The translations under genes were made by a program, and so were the position numbers. Shown here piece after piece: positions 59,685-64,000 of a DNA stretch of 64,000 nucleotides. The notes under the pieces are model-generated. The model saw only the letters and a list, made by a program, of their open reading frames with translations. It had not been told where the DNA came from and ran no database searches. The DNA lies in the NCBI GenBank assembly GCA_049700215.1, contig JBNAVT010000002.1:14711-78710 (forward strand). Direction: 5' to 3'. Every line of letters starts with the position of its first letter. Positions within the stretch are counted from its first letter, which is position 1. Origin of the DNA: Thermoproteota archaeon (GTDB lineage Archaea > Thermoproteota > EX4484-205 > JAAOZP01).

Positions 59685-60773
59685 ATGAGGAGGTTTCTTA
59701 AACTCCCCACGGATCCAATTGACGTTAGCCCGGATAAAAAGATTAGTCAGCTGACTGATGAAATGCTGTTCACAGGCTTTCAGGGTAGGAAGGTTGCTGA
59801 GGTTGTTCAAGTATGGTCGAGAATGCTTAATAAAAGGAATATCGTAATATGGTTCGGCTTAGCCGGCGCCATGGTTCCAGCCGGGATGAGGAGACTAATC
59901 TCGTACCTGATTGAAAGGAGAATGATCGACGCGGTTGTCTCGACTGGCGCAAATCTTTACCACGATCTCTTTGAAGCCCTAGGCGGGAAGCACTATGTCG
60001 GAACCCACATGATAGATGATGTTAAGCTGAGGAGGGAGAGGGTTGACAGGATTTACGACGTTTTCGCAGACGAGAACAAGTTCTACGAGACCGATCTCTG
60101 GATAGAAAAGTTTTTCGCCAGGACGCTTAGGGACGATTACCCCTATTCCTCTCGTGAATTACTCTATCTTCTCGGGAAGCTTTTAAGCAAGAATGCTAAG
60201 GATAAAGACTCCATTCTTGTAAGCGCCTACAGGAGCGGCGTCCCAATATTCTGCCCCGCGTTCGGAGACAGCTCCCTGGGTTTCTCGATAATGTTCTCCA
60301 ACAGGAGGGAGAGGGTTGCAAGCATGAACGGGAAGAAGGTTGTCCTTAAGAGGAAGAGGATAATTGTCGACTATCTTAAGGATGTTGACGAGAGCTCCAG
60401 AATAACTGAGAAGGCGAAGCAGACTGGGGTGATATACATAGGTGGAGGCGTGCCCAAGAATTTTATTCAGCAAACCGCTGTGATAGCGAGCTACCAGACC
60501 AGGCACGATAGAAGCCATAGTTTTGCGATACAGATCTCCACGGACATGCCGCAGTGGGGAGGCCTATCGGGATGCACATTCGAGGAGGGTCAAAGCTGGG
60601 GGAAAATCGGGTTCCGAGCCCAGAGAGTGCAGTGCTACGCTGACGCCACCATAGTGCTTCCGCTCATAGTTCATTCTTTAAGCGAAAAGTTCAAGAGGCT
60701 TAGAAGGGATGTTCCAATCTTCGAATGGAAGGGTAGTGATTTGAAGATAACTTATGAGAGGATGAAGCTTTAG
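59685..60773 (+). CDS. dys: Deoxyhypusine synthase
   Basis: TGFQG; AGAMVPAG; STGAN; GGGVPKNF; GGLSGCTFEEGQSWGK (active-site Lys); DATI. Confidence 0.92.
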   Translation: MRRFLKLPTDPIDVSPDKKISQLTDEMLFTGFQGRKVAEVVQVWSRMLNKRNIVIWFGLAGAMVPAGMRRLISYLIERRMIDAVVSTGANLYHDLFEALGGKHYVGTHMIDDVKLRRERVDRIYDVFADENKFYETDLWIEKFFARTLRDDYPYSSRELLYLLGKLLSKNAKDKDSILVSAYRSGVPIFCPAFGDSSLGFSIMFSNRRERVASMNGKKVVLKRKRIIVDYLKDVDESSRITEKAKQTGVIYIGGGVPKNFIQQTAVIASYQTRHDRSHSFAIQISTDMPQWGGLSGCTFEEGQSWGKIGFRAQRVQCYADATIVLPLIVHSLSEKFKRLRRDVPIFEWKGSDLKITYERMKL

Positions 60774-60776
60774 CCG

Positions 60777-62177
60777 TTAGACGATAGCCTCCCCCCTCTC
60801 GGTTAGGGAATAATACTCCCTCTTCCTACCCATGACCCTCCTAGACTCCCCCCTCTTAACATACCCTTTTTCAACAAGGTCGGAAAGATGCTGGTAGACA
60901 GTTGGAATCCTGACCTTCATACCGTATTTCTCCCTTAGCCCCCTCCAAACCTCGTACCCATACATGTTTTTCTCAGACAGTAGCCTAAGGATAGCTGTCT
61001 TAGTCGGGCCCAGTCTAATACCTCCGCTCAACTCCTCTATCAACACGCCTAGGCTGGACTTTCTGAAGGCTATTTCCTTCATAACCCTCGGATCCTTGAG
61101 GCCGCTTCCCGTGACGACGCAAACCACCCTGGCGTCCCTGCTTAAGCCTCCGCTTCTAACCAGCTTAATCAAGCCGGCTAGGGAAAGGCTTCCAGCCGGC
61201 TCTGCAAGTATGCCTTCCTTCTCAGCCAGTAGACTCAGGGCTTCGAAGATCTCTTTCTCGCTGACGGATACTGCGAGCCCGCCTGTCTGTCTTATTGCGC
61301 TCAGGGCAGCGTTTCCAAACCTGGGGTTGGCCACGTTTAAGTCGAATATCCTGCTTCTCGGCTCGGCTTCAGCCTCAACGGTTTCTAAGCCTCTTTCGAA
61401 AGCCTTTACTATGGGCTTACAGTCCTCCGGCTGGACTCCGACTATTCCTATACTGCGCTTAGCGACGCCGAGCTCCCTCAGCTCCTTCAGCATCTTGAAG
61501 GTTGCGTAGACTAGGCCTCCTTCTCCCATCGGGAGAATAACATAGTCTGGTTGCCTCCCGCTGAGCTGAAGCAGTATTTCAAGCATGATTGTTTTCTTAG
61601 CCTCGTTTATCAAGGGGTCGTGCTCCACGGCTACGATAGCCCCCCTAGTGCTACGCTTCCCAAAGGAGTTGACTACGCTGACTTCTGCACCATATATTAT
61701 CATCTGGTAGAGCTTTCCAAGGTCTATTGTGGGCTTTACCTGAACGTGCGTCTTTAAACCTGCTTTAGAGGAGTATGCGGCCAGCGAGGCGCCAAGGTTC
61801 CCGGTTGAATAGGTGGAAATCCTCCCGTAGCCGAGACTCAGGGCGACGGATACGAATAAGGCTGAACTCCTGTCCAAGTAGGAGCCCGTTGGCTCAACCG
61901 TCTCATCCTTAATCCAAAGCTCTTCAACCCCGATGCTTTTCTCAATCCTCACCCCGTGCTGGAGCATTGTGGTCCCCTCTCCGAGAGAGACTCTGAACTT
62001 TCTCTCGACAGCCGGCAGTATCCCGCCATACCTCCATATTCCATGCTCCCCGGGCTCCTCTAAGAAGGATGGTTTAACCTCCAGTGTTAATCCTTGTCCA
62101 CACTTATCACACAGCTTCCTCTCCACGTTGAAACTGTAGGCTGCTCCGCAGCCCGTGCATCTTAGAACATGGTTCAA
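60777..62177 (-). CDS. Threonine-synthase-like fold fused to a C-terminal PadR-type winged helix; PLP lysine absent
   Basis: CxxC...CxxC; SLGEGTT; EPTGSYLDR (canonical NPTGSFKDR); STGNLGASLAAY; TGSGLKD; MYGYEVW...PTVYQHL...REYYSLTERG. Confidence 0.85.
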   Translation of the reverse strand: MNHVLRCTGCGAAYSFNVERKLCDKCGQGLTLEVKPSFLEEPGEHGIWRYGGILPAVERKFRVSLGEGTTMLQHGVRIEKSIGVEELWIKDETVEPTGSYLDRSSALFVSVALSLGYGRISTYSTGNLGASLAAYSSKAGLKTHVQVKPTIDLGKLYQMIIYGAEVSVVNSFGKRSTRGAIVAVEHDPLINEAKKTIMLEILLQLSGRQPDYVILPMGEGGLVYATFKMLKELRELGVAKRSIGIVGVQPEDCKPIVKAFERGLETVEAEAEPRSRIFDLNVANPRFGNAALSAIRQTGGLAVSVSEKEIFEALSLLAEKEGILAEPAGSLSLAGLIKLVRSGGLSRDARVVCVVTGSGLKDPRVMKEIAFRKSSLGVLIEELSGGIRLGPTKTAILRLLSEKNMYGYEVWRGLREKYGMKVRIPTVYQHLSDLVEKGYVKRGESRRVMGRKREYYSLTERGEAIV

Positions 62178-62345
62178 AGCTATGCCCCATCCTAATATAT
62201 AGGGGGATACTTATACATTTCCTCTCTGCTTGCAGCAATCGTTTCCCGCCAATAAGGATCCGGCTCAGCGAAACCCCTCTCGCCGCTTAAAAAGCCCCTT
62301 ATGCAAGGCTGATTAAGCGGTCGTAGCAATCGTTTTATAGTTCCT

Positions 62346-63431
62346 GTGGCATTAAACCTATGGATGCAAAAACCGGATTCAAGGATGGCTCTAACGCTAG
62401 CAATACTTATTATAATTCTCTACGTAAGCCTGCTTATGGTGCAACGGACTGGGAGAAGAGTGTCACAGGGAAACTCAAGCAGCATCGAGGAGTATTTCAA
62501 AACAGTTCCCCTTGAGAAACTGGAGGTTAAGTTCTTCGGATGGGTTACGCCGGACGGTGAAAGCATCAACAGTTTTCTGGCTAACGCTGAAAAGTTCACC
62601 TGGGTTTCTCCAACAGGCTCGATAGTCAATGAACACGGGGTTTTCACCCCTAGAGTGGACAGTAGGGTTGTCGAGGCTGCTAGAAGGAGTAACGTAAGTA
62701 TTGTTCCGCTTGTAGCAAACTCAGGCTTCGACAGGAGCTTGGCTCACAGAATCCTTGCGGATCCTGAGGTTAGAAGACGCACGATAGAAGACATAGTCAG
62801 CTTCGTTGTTGAGAACAATTTTTCAGGGATCAACATTGATTACGAGAACATTCCTCCTGAGGATAGGAGTGCGTTAAACTCGTACATGAGGGAGCTGGCT
62901 TCAATCCTACACTCCCACGGGAAGATTGTTACTATAGATGTCTCGGGCAAAACTTGGGACGATGCCTCCGGTTGGGGTGGCGCATGGGACTACAGGGCTC
63001 TAGGCGAGGCCTGTGACTACGTCTGCATAATGTGTTATGATTATCATTGGTCTGGGAGCGAAGCGGGCCCCATAGGACCCTTAGGCTGGCTCAGGGAAGT
63101 CGTTGAATATGCTCTTTCAACAATACCGAGGGAGAAGATAGTAATCGGTATTCCCTTCTACGGTTACAGGTGGCTCGGGAGAAACGGTGTTGGCCTAACT
63201 TTTAAACAGGCGTTGGAGACGGCCAGGAGCGTTGATACGGAGGTTTTTTTCAGCGAGGAGGATGCTGAATACCACTATTCTTACGGCTCATACGAAGTAT
63301 GGTTCCAGGGTGCGAAGTCGGTGGAGCTAAAGGCTTCCGCAGTGCTTTCACACGGGATAGATAAGATAGCTGCCTGGAGAGTTGGGCAAGAGGATCCGAG
63401 GGTCTGGGAGGTTATAAGCAGGAAGCCTTAA
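62346..63431 (+). CDS. Membrane-anchored GH18 glycoside hydrolase
   Basis: FSGINIDYE catalytic motif; IMCYDYH; GIPFYG; AAWRVGQED; N-terminal TM. Confidence 0.9.
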   Translation: MALNLWMQKPDSRMALTLAILIIILYVSLLMVQRTGRRVSQGNSSSIEEYFKTVPLEKLEVKFFGWVTPDGESINSFLANAEKFTWVSPTGSIVNEHGVFTPRVDSRVVEAARRSNVSIVPLVANSGFDRSLAHRILADPEVRRRTIEDIVSFVVENNFSGINIDYENIPPEDRSALNSYMRELASILHSHGKIVTIDVSGKTWDDASGWGGAWDYRALGEACDYVCIMCYDYHWSGSEAGPIGPLGWLREVVEYALSTIPREKIVIGIPFYGYRWLGRNGVGLTFKQALETARSVDTEVFFSEEDAEYHYSYGSYEVWFQGAKSVELKASAVLSHGIDKIAAWRVGQEDPRVWEVISRKP

Positions 63432-63993
63432 CGGGTTCGGGAGGATCCTGTTTCAACCCGCCGGAACCCTTGTTCTCCCTGATTATTCTGATGAGCTCAG
63501 TGAGAAGCAGTATTACGAGAAGGGTGATCAGCACTATCCTGCCGAGACCAGTATTTGCAAGCAGCAGGATGAAGCCGACTAAGTGTATCTTTATCCCGAC
63601 CCATTTTCCAACAATATCCTCGTCTCTCGGATTATAACTGTCTGGGTAAGCATTATAATCCCCTTTCGTAACGTATCGCTTACTGCCATACTGGTCTACT
63701 TTAACCCCGATTATCCTGTGAACAATATTCCTGCCTGAATAAGGGTTTCTATAGATGATTACATCACCTACTTGAAGATTCTCCCCCCCGCTTAAGAGCA
63801 GCAGGTCCCCCGGGAAAAGGGTCGGGTACATGCTGCTAACGTACCAGGGGCTCATATCTATCTCCACAACCGCCAGCGGGCTACTGGTTCCCATCAGGCT
63901 GTTTAAAAGAGATATTGACACTGCTATTATTAACACAGGTATTACGATTGTTGTTAAAAACATGTTTAGAGATTCTTTAACCCTGTTATCCAT
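63412..63993 (-). CDS. Signal peptidase I (archaeal Sec11 type)
   Basis: SSMYPTL..GD; IVHRI; TKGDYN...D. Confidence 0.9.
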   Translation of the reverse strand: MDNRVKESLNMFLTTIVIPVLIIAVSISLLNSLMGTSSPLAVVEIDMSPWYVSSMYPTLFPGDLLLLSGGENLQVGDVIIYRNPYSGRNIVHRIIGVKVDQYGSKRYVTKGDYNAYPDSYNPRDEDIVGKWVGIKIHLVGFILLLANTGLGRIVLITLLVILLLTELIRIIRENKGSGGLKQDPPEPVKASCL

Positions 63994-64000
63994 TTCCTAA

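Noticed and set aside
667-62647. Numerous antisense/overlapping ORFs in the track (e.g. 667..1026, 21324..21824, 54233..54700, 60964..61509)
   Set aside because: They lie opposite well-supported genes, are Ser/Pro/Leu-rich shadows and have no motifs.

Overview
Archaeal chromosomal window, inferred from aIF1/SUI1, deoxyhypusine synthase, a Sec11-type signal peptidase, TATA/BRE promoters just ahead of mostly leaderless starts and AGG/ATA-rich codons. It is probably a TACK-type, sugar-fermenting lineage, but taxonomy is inference only. Content: a toxin-antitoxin/defence island (0.5-7.2 kb); a pyrimidine cluster (carA divergent from pyrF-E-B-K-C, then a debris insert, then pyrD); ilvE; a MacB-type ABC system with a large coiled-coil partner; a his operon lacking hisD with a divergent AbrB-ACT regulator; a decaying carbohydrate-utilisation region (GH5 x2, GH94, GH18, Gfo/Idh/MocA x2, Fe-ADH, AKR); an Opp/Dpp-type ABC importer; one apparently intact IS5-family element. 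The strongest unexplained signal is a short palindrome, consensus TAGCGCGCGCTA, in about 30 exact or degenerate copies. It is absent from the housekeeping blocks. It sits at the edges of self-contained modules, exactly at the cut ends of gene fragments, and at two frameshift points inside one gene. This suggests an undescribed DNA-joining, cassette-capture or repair-scar system. No recombinase for it is visible in this window. No rRNA, tRNA or CRISPR array was recognised.
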